This document shows, piece by piece, positions 1-11,554 of a stretch of DNA of 64,000 nucleotides. The notes below the pieces were generated by a model that saw only the letters and a program-made list of their open reading frames with translations, was not told the DNA's origin and did not search any database. This DNA is from Clostridia bacterium (GTDB taxonomy: Bacteria > Bacillota > Limnochordia > DTU080 > RSA5), in NCBI GenBank assembly GCA_002919235.1, contig PKEX01000001.1:5289-69288 (forward strand), written 5' to 3'. The position numbers and the translations under genes were made by a program. Position 1 is the stretch's first letter. Each line of letters begins with the position of its first letter.

Positions 1-1079
1 CGCCGCCCAGATCCCGCAGCTCCGGCACCTCCCCGGAGCACTTGGCCATGCGGTTCCCCTGCTGGGCGTAGGGGCAGCGGGGATGGAAGCGGCAGCCCGG
101 CGGCGGGTTGAGCGGCGACGGCACGTTGCCCTGGAGGATGATCCGCTCCCGGCGGTAGTCCGGGTCGGCGATGGGCACCGCCGAGAGCAGCGCTTCCGTA
201 TACGGGTGCTTGGGGCTGCGGTAGAGCGCCTCGCTGGACGCGAGTTCCACCACTTTGCCCAGGTACATCACGGCCACCCGGTCGCTGATGTGCTCCACCA
301 CCGAGAGGTCGTGTGCCACAAAGATATACGTCAAGCCGAACTGTTCCTGCAGGTCCGCCAGGAGGTTGAGCACCTGGCCCTGGATGGAGACGTCCAGCGC
401 CGAGACGGGCTCGTCGGCGATGATCAGCTTGGGCCGGAGCGCGAGGGCCCGGGCGATGCCGATCCTCTGCCGCTGCCCGCCGGAGAACTGGTGCGGGTAG
501 CGGTTGCGGTACTCGGGCCGCAGGCCCACCGCCTGCATCAGCTCGACGATGCGGTCGTCGATCTCCGCCTTGGACCCGATCCTGTGGATCTCAAAGGGTT
601 CCGCCAGGATGTCCCGCACGGTCATGCGGGGATTGAGCGACGAGTTGGGGTCCTGGAAAATCATCTGCACCTCGCGGCGGACCCGCTTCAGCTGCTCCTT
701 GTCCAGCTTGAACAGGTCCACCACGGCGCGCTCTTGGCCGCTTTCCTTATCGGCCAGCACTTCGCTGCGGAAGAGGGCTTCCCCGGCGGTGGGCTCGATG
801 AGCCGCAAGATTGTGCGGCCCACCGTGGTCTTGCCGCAGCCGCTTTCGCCCACCAGGCCCAGGGTCTCCCCTTCCCTCACGAAAAACGAGACGTCGTCGA
901 CAGCCTTCACGTCCGCCACTTTCCGCCGCAATAGCCCCCCGTACACCGGGAAGAACTTGCTGAGGTGCCGCACCTCCAGCAGCGCGCCGGGCCGCATCTC
1001 GAGCGCCTCCTCCGCCGCCGCAGCGGGCGTCCGTCCGCCCCCGGGCACTGCTCCGGAGCCGGCGGGCGTCGCCTTGGTG

Positions 1080-1087
<8 letters not shown>
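1..1087 (-). CDS. Oligopeptide/dipeptide-family ABC transporter ATP-binding subunit (OppF/AppF-like), runs off the window edge
   Basis: Not in the ORF track. Manual translation from ATG 1087 gives MRDTK...[12 protein letters not shown]...VKAVDDVSF...[12 protein letters not shown] (Walker A), then [12 protein letters not shown] and [11 protein letters not shown]. It overlaps the stop of the upstream ATPase. Confidence 0.93.
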
Positions 1088-2150
<1,063 letters not shown>

Positions 2151-2235
2151 GGCACGACCCCCCGCTTCCTCGTGGAGTCACGTTATGCTTTCCCGCAGCG
2201 TTCCGACTTCCCGCGGCCTTCCGCTGTCCGGCCCG

Positions 2236-3354
2236 TCATGTCTGCTTGTACGGGTCCGCAGCGTCCCTCAGGCCGTCCCCCAGGAAGTTGAACGCCAGCA
2301 CCACGACGATCACGAAGAACGCCGGAATCACCATCCACGGCGCCTGCGCCAGCACCCGCACGTTCTGGGCCTCGTTGAGCATCACGCCCCAGCTGGTCAT
2401 CGGGGGTTTGAGGCCCAGGCCCAGAAAGCCCAGGGCCGTCTCGCTCAAGATCATCCCGGGAATGGCCAGGGTCGCCTGGACGATCAGGTGGCTGGCGCAG
2501 TTGGGCAGGATGTGCCGGAAGATCACCCGGGCGTTGCTGGCGCCGAGGCTCCTGGCGGCCAGGATGAAGTCTCGCTCCCTGAGCGAGAGCGTCAGGCCCC
2601 GGATCTCCCGCCCGAGGCCGCCCCAGGAGATGATGGAGAGGATGATGGTGATGCCGAAGTAGACGGCGATGGGCGGCCACTGGGGCGGCACCGCCGCGGC
2701 CAGGGCCATCCACAGCGGCAGGCTGGGAAAGGCCATCATCAGCTCGGTTCCCCGCATCAGCACGTTGTCCACGGCTCCGCCGTAGTACCCTGCCACGGTC
2801 CCGAAGACGGAGCCGAAGAACAGCGTGAGAAAGACGCCCACCAGGCCCACCGAGAGCGAGACCCGGCCGCCGTAGAGGACCCGGGAGAACTGGTCCCGCC
2901 CCAGCCGGTCCGTGCCGAAAAGGTAGACGTGGCCTCCTTCGGCCGTGCCGAACAGGTGGACGTCCCACCAGAAGAGGTTCCACATCTTGTACGGCTCGCC
3001 CCGGACGATGAAGTAGATGGGGTACTTGACGCTGCGGTCCTCCACGAACCGGCGGGTAAACGTGGTGGGGTCGATCTCCCGCTTGTAGCCGTAGACGAAG
3101 GGCCTCAGGCTCCAGTTGCCTTCGTCGTCGACGAAGCGGGGGATCTGCGGCGGGGCGCCCAGGTAGATGCGGCTCTTGAACTCCGCGGGATACGGCGAGA
3201 AAAACTCCGCAAAGCCGAAGCACACGATGTAAAAGAACAAGACGATGGCGCCGCCTATCAGCGCCGGCTTGCTCCGCCGGAACCGGCGCCACACCAGGGT
3301 CCAATAGGTCTCCGGCGCCTCGGCGGGGCGCCGTGCGGGCTGCTCCGTGCTCAT
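2236..3354 (-). CDS. Opp/Dpp-family ABC permease (OppC-like)
   Basis: FGTDRLGRD, an EAA-type loop (FILAARSLGAS...RHILPN) and FNFLGDGLRDAADP. Confidence 0.95.
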   Translation of the reverse strand: MSTEQPARRPAEAPETYWTLVWRRFRRSKPALIGGAIVLFFYIVCFGFAEFFSPYPAEFKSRIYLGAPPQIPRFVDDEGNWSLRPFVYGYKREIDPTTFTRRFVEDRSVKYPIYFIVRGEPYKMWNLFWWDVHLFGTAEGGHVYLFGTDRLGRDQFSRVLYGGRVSLSVGLVGVFLTLFFGSVFGTVAGYYGGAVDNVLMRGTELMMAFPSLPLWMALAAAVPPQWPPIAVYFGITIILSIISWGGLGREIRGLTLSLRERDFILAARSLGASNARVIFRHILPNCASHLIVQATLAIPGMILSETALGFLGLGLKPPMTSWGVMLNEAQNVRVLAQAPWMVIPAFFVIVVVLAFNFLGDGLRDAADPYKQT

Positions 3355-3403
3355 GGCCTCTCGTCACCTCGCTTTGCGTCCGCGAGCCTCGCGGGCTCGC
3401 CCC

Positions 3404-4387
3404 TCAGTCGTACCGGATCCTCGGGTCGACGATGCTCAGCAGGATGTCGGCCACCAGGTTCCCGATGACGAGAAACAGCGAAAGAAACAGGAGAATCGTC
3501 CCCGCGAGGTACATGTCCTGCACTTCCAGGGCGCGCAGCAAGAGGGGCCCGGTGGTCGGCAGGTTCAGGATGACGGCGGTGATGGCATCCCCCGAAAGGA
3601 TGGCCGGGAACGTGTATCCCAGCATGGTGATGAGGGGGTTGATGGCCACCCGGACCGTGTGCTTGTAGACCACCACCGACTCGGCCAGGCCCTTGGCGCG
3701 GGCGGTCTGCACGAACTGCTGTCCCAGCGTCTCCAGCATGGCGCTGCGCATCACCCGGATCAGGCCCGCGGTGCCCGCGGTCCCCAGGACGATGACCGGG
3801 ATCCAAAGGTGCTTCAAAAAGTCGACGAACTTGGCGAAGCTCCAGGACGCGTCCTGGAACTCCGGCGAGAACAGCCCGCCCACCGACCAGCCGAAGTGGA
3901 CCACGGAGAGGTACATCAGGATCAGCGCCAGCAAGAAGTTGGGCAGGGACATGCCGATGTACCCCAGGAACGAAAAGATCTGATCGCCGGCGGAGTACTG
4001 GTGCGTGGCGGAGTAGATCCCGATGGGGATGGCGATCAGCCACGTGAAGAGGAGAGTCGAAAGGGAAAGGAGCACGGTGAGCAGCAAGCGCTGGCCTATC
4101 AGCTGCGAGACGGGGCGGTCGTACTCGAAGGACAGGCCGAAATCGCCCTTGACGAAGTTGCTCACCCAGATCCAGTACTGCATGTAGAGCGGCTTGTCGA
4201 GGCCGTAGCGGCCCCGCCACTGCTCGATGATGCGCCGCGCCCCGGTGTCCCCCCGCGACTCCAGCTCCAGGATCTTCACCGTGAGGTAGTCGCCGGGCGG
4301 CAGGTTGATCACGATGAAGCTGATGATGGAGATGGCCAGGAGCAGAGGGACCATGTGAAGCAGGCGCCTCGCGATGAAGGCGGTCAT
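3404..4387 (-). CDS. Opp/Dpp-family ABC permease (OppB-like)
   Basis: YGLDKPLYMQY, GDFGLS, TARAKGL and a C-terminal DPRIRY. Confidence 0.95.
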   Translation of the reverse strand: MTAFIARRLLHMVPLLLAISIISFIVINLPPGDYLTVKILELESRGDTGARRIIEQWRGRYGLDKPLYMQYWIWVSNFVKGDFGLSFEYDRPVSQLIGQRLLLTVLLSLSTLLFTWLIAIPIGIYSATHQYSAGDQIFSFLGYIGMSLPNFLLALILMYLSVVHFGWSVGGLFSPEFQDASWSFAKFVDFLKHLWIPVIVLGTAGTAGLIRVMRSAMLETLGQQFVQTARAKGLAESVVVYKHTVRVAINPLITMLGYTFPAILSGDAITAVILNLPTTGPLLLRALEVQDMYLAGTILLFLSLFLVIGNLVADILLSIVDPRIRYD

Positions 4388-4433
4388 GGCGTCACCTCCG
4401 GATAGGTGGCTCGCGTCCCGCGCAGGCCGGCCG

Positions 4434-4462
4434 GGGGGGAAGCGGGAAAGCCGCTTCCCCCC
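4434..4462. terminator. GC-rich stem-loop just downstream of the solute-binding-protein gene (mRNA stabiliser or partial terminator)
   Basis: GGGGGGAAGCGG-gaaag-CCGCTTCCCCCC, a 12-bp perfect stem. Confidence 0.6.
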
Positions 4463-4474
4463 GCCGGCGCCGGC

Positions 4475-6382
4475 TCACTGCTTAAAGAAGTACTGCTCCG
4501 GATTGGTGTTTCCGGGACCGCCCACGGCCCACGGGCCGAGGATGCCGAAGTTCGGCACGTTCCGCATGTTGTTCTTGACGATGACGGGTTCGGGCAGCCC
4601 GCCTACCACGCCGATGACGTACGGCCCCTCTTCCATCAGAATGCGAACCGCCTCGTGCACGTAGGCGTGGCGCTTCTCGATGTCAGGCTCCTGCAGTCCC
4701 TGCACGTACAGGTTGTAGAGCCGCTGGACCACTTCGGTGGGCGGCTCGCCCTGGGCGCCGCCGCTGGAGAGGTAGCGGGCCTGGAGCGGCCACTGCCGCA
4801 CCTCGTTGCCCGTGGGGAAGACCCAGTCGGGGAAGGTCCAGACGTCCATCTCCGCCACGTGGACCGGGCGCACCATGTAGAGGCCGTTGCGGAAGCGCTG
4901 GTCGATCTCGGTCACCGGGGCGTTGTTCAGGATCACCCGGATGCCCACGGCCTCCCAGTACTCCTTGGCCAGCGCGGCCGCCTCGGCGGTGATGTCGGCG
5001 CCGCCCCAGTCGCCCACGTCGATGATGAGCTCAAACACCTGGCCGTTGTCGGCCCGCAGGCGCCAGCCCTGGGAGTTGCGCCGGTTCAGCCCCGCCGCGT
5101 CCAGGAGCTGGTTGGCCAGGTCCGGATCGTACTGGGCGTACCAGTTCTTCCATTCCTCGAACAGCTGGCGGCCTTCGGGAGAGGCGAAGTGCCAGGAGTC
5201 CTCCGAGATGGTGGCCTGCTGGGGCGTGCCGAAGCCGAACCAGATGGCCTCGTTCATCACTTCCCGGTCCAGCGCCACCGAGAGGGCCCGGCGGAAGTTC
5301 TTGTCCCGCAGCAGGTTCCGGATGTAATCGTCGCCCACGTAGTCCTGGTTGACGACGAACCCGGGCCAGGCGCCGGCGCCGTTGATCCACCCGTTCAAAT
5401 GGCGGTAGTTGCCGCGCTCGGCGTTCTGCAGCAGCGCCGGGAGATCCCGGGCGTTGCCCGCGCCGCGGAAGATGGCGTCCACCTCGCCGGCCATGATCCG
5501 CAGGACGCGGACCTCCTTGTCGGTGACCAGCTCAGAGACGATGCGGTCGATGTAGGGCAGCTGGTTGCCGGCGGTGTCCACCTTCCAGTAGTAGGGGTTG
5601 CGCTCCAGGACGATGCGCTGGTTGGGCACGTACTCCACGGGCCTCCAGGCGAAGAGCACCGGGTGATCAGGGTTCTCCCACCAGCGGCGGGCCTGGTCCA
5701 TCTCGATGGGCCAGTCGGTGTCCGGGTTGTACTTGGGATGGAACTGCTCGAGGTAGTGGCGGGGCGCCATCATGGGCTCCCAGTTCCAAAAGCCCGAAGC
5801 CAGGACATACGGGACGTTCCAGTTGGGAGCCGGGAAGTTGAACCGGATGGTGTACTTGTCGATGAAGTCGACGGTCATCAGCTCGCCGTCGACGAAGCCC
5901 CACCAGGGCGGCGGGACGGCGCCGTACGACGGATCGTTGGCCAGATCCTCCCACCAAAAGCGCAGGTCCTCGGTGGTGAACTCCACGCCGTCGGACCACT
6001 TGAGACCCCGCCGCAGGTAGAAGGTGACGCTCCGGCCGTCCTCGGAGAACTCCCACGCCCGGAAGACGCCGGGGATGTACTCCGTGTAGTCCCGGTTCCA
6101 GCGGACCCCGGGGTCGTACAAGATCATTTTGAGAACGCCGGGGTCAGGGTTGTCGTGGAGCGTCCGCCACGTCCCCCCGTACTGCCCGATCTCCTCGACG
6201 GGCTCGATCACGACGATGTCCTCGGGGATGGGCAGCCGCTCTTCCACGGGAGGCAGCAGGCCCTGCTCGACCAAGGCCCGCAGCATGGGCGCCTCGTTGT
6301 ACTGGGCCGAGGCGAGAGACGGGACCATGAGGAAAAGCGCCACGAAGGCTGCAGCCATCAGACGCCTCGTTCGCATGCGCAC
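4475..6382 (-). CDS. ABC solute-binding protein, family 5 (probably oligosaccharide-binding)
   Basis: GTG start after a GGAGGA RBS; signal peptide; YNEAPML...LPPVEERLP...GQYGG, KWSDG and ERNPYYWKVDTAGNQLPYID; lies next to a LacI gene. Confidence 0.92.
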   Translation of the reverse strand: MRMRTRRLMAAAFVALFLMVPSLASAQYNEAPMLRALVEQGLLPPVEERLPIPEDIVVIEPVEEIGQYGGTWRTLHDNPDPGVLKMILYDPGVRWNRDYTEYIPGVFRAWEFSEDGRSVTFYLRRGLKWSDGVEFTTEDLRFWWEDLANDPSYGAVPPPWWGFVDGELMTVDFIDKYTIRFNFPAPNWNVPYVLASGFWNWEPMMAPRHYLEQFHPKYNPDTDWPIEMDQARRWWENPDHPVLFAWRPVEYVPNQRIVLERNPYYWKVDTAGNQLPYIDRIVSELVTDKEVRVLRIMAGEVDAIFRGAGNARDLPALLQNAERGNYRHLNGWINGAGAWPGFVVNQDYVGDDYIRNLLRDKNFRRALSVALDREVMNEAIWFGFGTPQQATISEDSWHFASPEGRQLFEEWKNWYAQYDPDLANQLLDAAGLNRRNSQGWRLRADNGQVFELIIDVGDWGGADITAEAAALAKEYWEAVGIRVILNNAPVTEIDQRFRNGLYMVRPVHVAEMDVWTFPDWVFPTGNEVRQWPLQARYLSSGGAQGEPPTEVVQRLYNLYVQGLQEPDIEKRHAYVHEAVRILMEEGPYVIGVVGGLPEPVIVKNNMRNVPNFGILGPWAVGGPGNTNPEQYFFKQ

Positions 6383-6542
6383 GGAATCCTCCTTTTTCGC
6401 TCGAAGATCCCACAGGCAGCACGTCGTCGCAAGACTCCTTCTTTTCCCATGAGCACGAGGATTGTGGAAACGCCCGGCAAACGCGGCCGGCGCTCGCGTC
6501 TCACCTCCCCCCACGTCGCGTCCAAGCTGAGCCGTGTCCAAG

Positions 6543-7595
6543 CTACCCGGCGGCGCTCGCCCCGCCGTCGCGGACGGGGGCCACCGTCGCTCGCCGGACC
6601 AGCTTGGGCTCCAGCAAAATCCTCCCCTTGCCCTTCCACGAGCCGCCCTCTCGCAGCGCCTCGATGACCGTGTCGGCCACCGCCTTGCCCAGGAGATGCC
6701 GGGGCTGGTGGACCGTGGTCAGCGGGGGCTGCGCTTCGGCGGCCTCCCGGATGTCGTCAAAGCCGATGATCGACACGTCGTCGGGCACCCGCAGCCCGTG
6801 CGCCCGGACGGCGTCCATGGCGCCCAGCGCCATCAGGTCGGAGGCACAGAACACGGCGGTGGGCCGCGGGTCCAGCGCCAGGAGCCGCTCCATGCTGCGC
6901 TTGCCGCTGGCCCGGCTGAAATCGCCCTCGACGATCCACTCGTCCCGCACGGGACAGCCCGCCTCCGCCATCGCCTTCATGTACCCCTCGCGCCGCTCGT
7001 GGCTGACCGGAGCGTGCCAGTGCCCGCTGATATAGGCGATGCGGCGGTGCCCCATCTCGATCAGGTGGGAGACGGCGGCGTAGGCGCCCATCACCTGATC
7101 GCAGCCTACGCAAACGGCGTTCTCCACGTCGATCGGCACGTCCACCGTGACCAGCGGAATCCCGATGGTGCGAAGCTCCGCGAACCGGTGGTCGTCCGTC
7201 CTGAGGCCCAGGAAAATCGCGGCGTCGATCTGCCTTTGAACCGCCAGCGCCACGTAGGAGTCGGCCTTTTCGATGCGCGAGCGGCTGAACCACAGGACGT
7301 CGTAGCCCGTCTCCCCAAACCGCTCGAGGATGGCGTCGACCAGCTCCGCCGCGAAGGGGTCGGACATGATCGAGTAGCTCTGGGTAAAGCTGACCGAAAA
7401 CAGCCCCACGGTCCCGCTCCGCTGCGTCACCAGTCCCCGGGCGATGGAGTTGGGATAATAGTTTAGGCGCCTCGCTGCCTCCAGGACCCTGGCCCGGGTC
7501 GCCTCGCTCACGTCCTTGTGCCCGTTGAGCGCCCGCGAGACGGCCGTGACCGAAAGGCCCACCTCGCGCGCGATGTCCTTCAGCGTGACCCGCAC
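6543..7595 (-). CDS. LacI-family transcriptional regulator
   Basis: TLKDIAREVGLSVTAVSRALN HTH; PDDVSIIGFDD and PPLTTVHQP; GTG start chosen after GGATGGAAG. Confidence 0.95.
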   Translation of the reverse strand: MRVTLKDIAREVGLSVTAVSRALNGHKDVSEATRARVLEAARRLNYYPNSIARGLVTQRSGTVGLFSVSFTQSYSIMSDPFAAELVDAILERFGETGYDVLWFSRSRIEKADSYVALAVQRQIDAAIFLGLRTDDHRFAELRTIGIPLVTVDVPIDVENAVCVGCDQVMGAYAAVSHLIEMGHRRIAYISGHWHAPVSHERREGYMKAMAEAGCPVRDEWIVEGDFSRASGKRSMERLLALDPRPTAVFCASDLMALGAMDAVRAHGLRVPDDVSIIGFDDIREAAEAQPPLTTVHQPRHLLGKAVADTVIEALREGGSWKGKGRILLEPKLVRRATVAPVRDGGASAAG

Positions 7596-7619
7596 CGTAC
7601 TTCCATCCTGCCTTTGCCA

Positions 7620-7635
7620 ACTTAAACGTTTAAGT
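7620..7635. promoter_or_regulatory. Probable LacI-family operator
   Basis: Perfect 16-bp palindrome ACTTAAACGTTTAAGT with the AAAC-GTTT core typical of LacI sites, 25 bp upstream of the LacI gene. Confidence 0.8.
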
Positions 7636-7822
7636 AACGTCACCGCGTTTTTTCCCGCCGCCTGGAACAAATTCCTGCTGCCGCGAAAAGTTCCATCTGT
7701 CACAAATGTGGCTCTAGCCGCGCAAATGCCGGCGGGAAGGGCATAGAGGAGTTAGCTGGACGTGCGCCCAATTGGACGTTGAAGAGCCATCGGGCGTGAC
7801 CTGAGCCGTAGGAGGAAGACCC

Positions 7823-8095
7823 ATGACGCTGCCCGCCCACACCCGAAAAGTGGCCGCGCTGCTGATGGAGATGGCCCGCACCCAGGGAAAGCCGACGCCC
7901 CGGGGCGTCGCGGTGCAGCTCGACGTGACCCGGCAGGATGTGGCCAGCCTTCTCGGCCTCTCCCGCATCGAGGCGACCCTGGCCGTCAACGCGCTCAAGC
8001 TGGCCGGGGCGCTGGCTTTCGAGGGCTCTACCCTGCTGCTCAATCCCGGCGTCCTCCAGCGGTTCGCGGAAGGCGAGGCGCAGGAAGCGCGCTGA
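7823..8095 (+). CDS. Small stand-alone Crp/Fnr-type winged HTH protein with no effector domain
   Basis: AGGAGG RBS; RKVAALLMEMA...G...V...TRQDVASLLGLSR...LKLAGAL...L.PGVLQ follows the Crp C-terminal domain pattern. Confidence 0.75.
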   Translation: MTLPAHTRKVAALLMEMARTQGKPTPRGVAVQLDVTRQDVASLLGLSRIEATLAVNALKLAGALAFEGSTLLLNPGVLQRFAEGEAQEAR

Positions 8096-8167
8096 ACCCG
8101 GCGCGCCGTATCAAGCGGCGGGACCGGCCGCATACTAGAGGCACCTTTTCCCCTACGAGGTGCCCCG

Positions 8168-9202
8168 GTGGCGACGCAGACCCTCATTCCCCGCAACCCG
8201 CCGCTCCTTTCGCCCGTGCTTAACCGGATGGAGCAGGCCGTCTCCCCCGCGCGCGGCACGGTCCGCCGGGCCGCCTCCCACCTCTTGGCGTCTCCCGGAA
8301 AGCTTCTCCGGCCCACGCTGGTGCTGCTGGCCGCGCAGGCGGCCGCCGAAACCCGGGGCTTCCAAGACGGCGCTGCGAGCCTGAGGGCGCCGGGCGACGC
8401 GGGCCTTTCGCCCGGCCTGCCGGAAGCCGTCTACGACTTCGCCGCCGCCGTCGAGCTGGTCCACGTCGCCTCGCTCATCCACGACGACGTCATCGACGGC
8501 GCCGCCACCCGCCGCTCGCTTCCTTCCGTCAACGCGGGCTTCGGCAACCACACCGCGGTCCTGGCCGGCGACTACCTCTTCGCCGCGGCGTTCCGGCTCC
8601 TTGCGCCCCACGCCGCCCGGGGCGCCGTCACCCTGATGACGGACGCCATCAGCCGCATGTGCCACGGGGAGGTCATGCAGGAGGAGAGCCTGTTCGATCC
8701 GGGTCTTTCGGAGGAAGCCTACCTGGAGCGCGTGCGGGCGAAGACGGCGTCGCTGCTGGCGGCGGCCTGTGAGGGAGGGGCCCGGCTGGCGGGCGCGGGC
8801 GAAGAGCTGTGCCGGGCGTTTCGCGCTTTCGGCGAGAGCCTGGGCCTGGCGTTTCAAATCGCCGACGACATCCTCGACCTGGAGGAGACGCCCCAGCAGC
8901 TGGGAAAGCCCGCCTGCGCCGACCTGCGCCAGGGCGTCATCACCCTTCCCGTCATCCGCCTGCTGGCGCATCCCGAGTGGTCTGCGCGGCTCGCCCCGCG
9001 CATCCGGGCCCGCTGCATCGATGACGAGCTCATCGCCCACGTCCAGGAGGGACTGAAGCGCACCGGCGCCCTGGAGTCGGCACGGGAGGAAGGGTTCGCC
9101 CGGGCGCGGAAAGCCGCGGCCCGGCTGGAACCCGTCGCGTGGACCCGCGGCGGCGCGGCGCTGCTCGAGCTCAGCCGCGGCGTCATGCTCCGCCGGCGCT
9201 GA
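8168..9202 (+). CDS. Polyprenyl diphosphate synthase (HepT/IspB-like)
   Basis: GKLLRP, ASLIHDDVID...RR (first Asp-rich motif), AVLAGDYL, KTA and AFQIADDILD (second Asp-rich motif). Confidence 0.93.
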   Translation: MATQTLIPRNPPLLSPVLNRMEQAVSPARGTVRRAASHLLASPGKLLRPTLVLLAAQAAAETRGFQDGAASLRAPGDAGLSPGLPEAVYDFAAAVELVHVASLIHDDVIDGAATRRSLPSVNAGFGNHTAVLAGDYLFAAAFRLLAPHAARGAVTLMTDAISRMCHGEVMQEESLFDPGLSEEAYLERVRAKTASLLAAACEGGARLAGAGEELCRAFRAFGESLGLAFQIADDILDLEETPQQLGKPACADLRQGVITLPVIRLLAHPEWSARLAPRIRARCIDDELIAHVQEGLKRTGALESAREEGFARARKAAARLEPVAWTRGGAALLELSRGVMLRRR

Positions 9203-9221
9203 ACTGCGATCTTTGCCGTCG

Positions 9222-10739
9222 CTAGGGACGGGCCCAGGGAGGCTTTTCGGCCGGAACGGCTTTGGGGGCGGGCAGCGAAAACCCGACGCGCGCCCCGCCC
9301 AGCGGCCCGCGGGCCTCGGCCCACACCCGTCCCCCTTGCGCTTCCACCAGGCTGCGCACGATGGCGAGGCCCAAGCCCGCCCCGCCCAGCTCGCGGCTCT
9401 GGGAACGGTCGCCCCGGTAAAACCGTTCCCAGACCCGGCCGGGATCCCCTTCGAGGCCGGGGCCGGTGTCGTCGACTGCCACGTGCAGCCAGGCGGGCTC
9501 CGCCGGGACTCGGCCGCGAGAAGGCGACGGCACCCGGGCCGGCCCCGGCGCCGGCTGGTCCCCGGAGCCTTTCTCGACGGACAGCCGCACGGTCCCGCCC
9601 GGCGGCGTATAGCGGACGGCGTTGTCCAGCAGGTTCAGGAGGATCTGCTCCAGCCGGTCGGGGTCGGCCACCACCGCCGCTCCCGGCGGAATGCGGGCCT
9701 CCAGCGCAATGCCCTTCTCGTCCGCTTTGGGCCTTGCCCGCTCCAGCACCTTCCGGGCCGCGTCGCCCACGTCCACCTCTGCCAGGTGCAGCGAAAGGCC
9801 GCCCTCTTCCGCCTGGGCCAGCACGAAGAGGTCCTCCACCAGGCGTCCCAGCCGGCGGGCTTCGTCCGAGAGGATCCGGCCCACCTCCTTCACCTGGTCC
9901 GGCGAGGCGGCCAGCCCTTCCGCCAGGGCGTCGGCGTAGCCCCGCAGGTAGCTCAAGGGCGTGCGGAGCTCGTGCGAGATGTTGGCGAAGAAGCGGCGGC
10001 GGCTGGTCTCCAGGTCGTGCAGGGAGGCCCCCAGCCGGTTCACCGCTTCGGCCAGCTCCCCCAGCTCGTCGGCGCCCGGCGCCTCCACCCGGACGGTGTA
10101 GTCGCCCCGGGCCAGATGGTCCGCGGCCGTCTTCATGGCGATCAGGGGCCGGACCAGTCGCCGGGAAAGGAGCCAGCCGAAGGCCGCAAGCAGGAGAAAG
10201 AGCGCCGCGGCCGCCGCGGCCAAAAGCCCCCGCACCCGGGCGGCCGCCTGCCGGACACCCGCGGCGGGACGGAAGAGGACCACGGCCCCCGTGACCTGGT
10301 CGCCGGAGCGGACCGGCACCGCAGCGACGACGAGGCTTCCCAGGCTGTCGTCCGCGGCCAGGAAGACGCTGGGCTCGCCTCCCAGGGCGCTGAGGATGCG
10401 GGGATTCTGCGGCCGGCGTCCCACTTCCGCGGCCAGGTCGCTGGAGGCCGCCACCGCCGCGCCGCTCCCGTCCAGCACCAGCAGGGGCGTGGCCGTGATC
10501 TCGGCCAGGGCCCGCACCGCTTCCCCTGCCCCTTGGGCCGGCGCCCGGGCCACGAAATCGGCGAAGCGCTGCCCCAGGGCGAGGAGCTCGGCCGCGTTTT
10601 GCTGGTAGTAAAAGGCCGTGGCCGCCCGGTCGACGGCAAAGCCCACCGGGAGCAGCACGGCCACGACCATGGCCACCACCGAGAGCCAAAGCTTGTGCGT
10701 CACCCCGAGGCGAAGCCGCGGCCGCCGGCGCACGGTCAC
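9222..10739 (-). CDS. Membrane sensor histidine kinase with HAMP domain (ResE-like class)
   Basis: Two TM helices, HAMP, SHELRTPL H-box, NLLDNAVRY, DTGPG and GAGLGLAI. Confidence 0.95.
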   Translation of the reverse strand: MTVRRRPRLRLGVTHKLWLSVVAMVVAVLLPVGFAVDRAATAFYYQQNAAELLALGQRFADFVARAPAQGAGEAVRALAEITATPLLVLDGSGAAVAASSDLAAEVGRRPQNPRILSALGGEPSVFLAADDSLGSLVVAAVPVRSGDQVTGAVVLFRPAAGVRQAAARVRGLLAAAAAALFLLLAAFGWLLSRRLVRPLIAMKTAADHLARGDYTVRVEAPGADELGELAEAVNRLGASLHDLETSRRRFFANISHELRTPLSYLRGYADALAEGLAASPDQVKEVGRILSDEARRLGRLVEDLFVLAQAEEGGLSLHLAEVDVGDAARKVLERARPKADEKGIALEARIPPGAAVVADPDRLEQILLNLLDNAVRYTPPGGTVRLSVEKGSGDQPAPGPARVPSPSRGRVPAEPAWLHVAVDDTGPGLEGDPGRVWERFYRGDRSQSRELGGAGLGLAIVRSLVEAQGGRVWAEARGPLGGARVGFSLPAPKAVPAEKPPWARP

Positions 10740-11470
10740 GCCTCCTCGCCGCGCCCGGAGAGGACGGACGGATCAAATTTGTAGCCCACGCCCCACACCG
10801 TGACCAGGCTCTTTCCCACACCGTCCCGTCCCAGCTTCTCCCGGAGCGTCTTGACGTGGCTGTCGACGGTGCGGGTCTCACCCCGGCCGGCGTCGCCCCA
10901 CACCTCTTGCAGCAGCTGCTCCCGGCTGAAGGCAGTCCCCTCTCCCCGCACCAGGTACACCAGGAGGTCAAACTCTTTGGGCGTGAGCGAAACCGGCTCG
11001 CCGTGCACTTTCACTTCTCGCTTGGGGACGTCGATGAGAAGGCCCGGGTAGGAGAGCGGCGCCTCGCCGGCGGCGCCTGCGGCATCGGCCCGGCGGGCGC
11101 GCCGGGCCTTCTCGTACCGGCGGGCCAGGGCCTCCACCCGCGCGAGGAGCTCCCGGGGGTCGAAAGGCTTGGTGAGGTAATCGTCCGCGCCGGCGCCGAA
11201 GGCCTCCAGCTTGTCCTCGACGCCGGCCAGGGCGGTGAGCATCAAGACCGGCACTTCGTGCGCCTCCCGGATGCGGCGGCACACCTCCCAGCCGTCCAGG
11301 CCGGGCATCAAGACGTCCAGGACCACGACGTCGTACTCCCCTGCCTCCAGCATCCGGAGGGCCTCGCGGCCCGACGCCGCGGTCTCCACCTCGAACGCCC
11401 GCCTGAGATGCAGCGCGAGCAGGTCCCGCATGCGGGCCTCATCGTCGACCACCAGCACCCGGTGGGCCAT
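10736..11470 (-). CDS. OmpR-family response regulator (ResD-like class)
   Basis: VLVVDDE, LDVLMPGLDG, GADDYLTKPF, LTPKEFDLL and TVWGVGYKF. Confidence 0.95.
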   Translation of the reverse strand: MAHRVLVVDDEARMRDLLALHLRRAFEVETAASGREALRMLEAGEYDVVVLDVLMPGLDGWEVCRRIREAHEVPVLMLTALAGVEDKLEAFGAGADDYLTKPFDPRELLARVEALARRYEKARRARRADAAGAAGEAPLSYPGLLIDVPKREVKVHGEPVSLTPKEFDLLVYLVRGEGTAFSREQLLQEVWGDAGRGETRTVDSHVKTLREKLGRDGVGKSLVTVWGVGYKFDPSVLSGRGEEA

Positions 11471-11554
11471 GTTCTCCTCCCCCGCGCCAGGCGCCGGGCG
11501 CGCCCCGGACCGGCCCCCGGCCGCGCCTGCCGCCAGGCCCGCGGCCTTTGCGGC

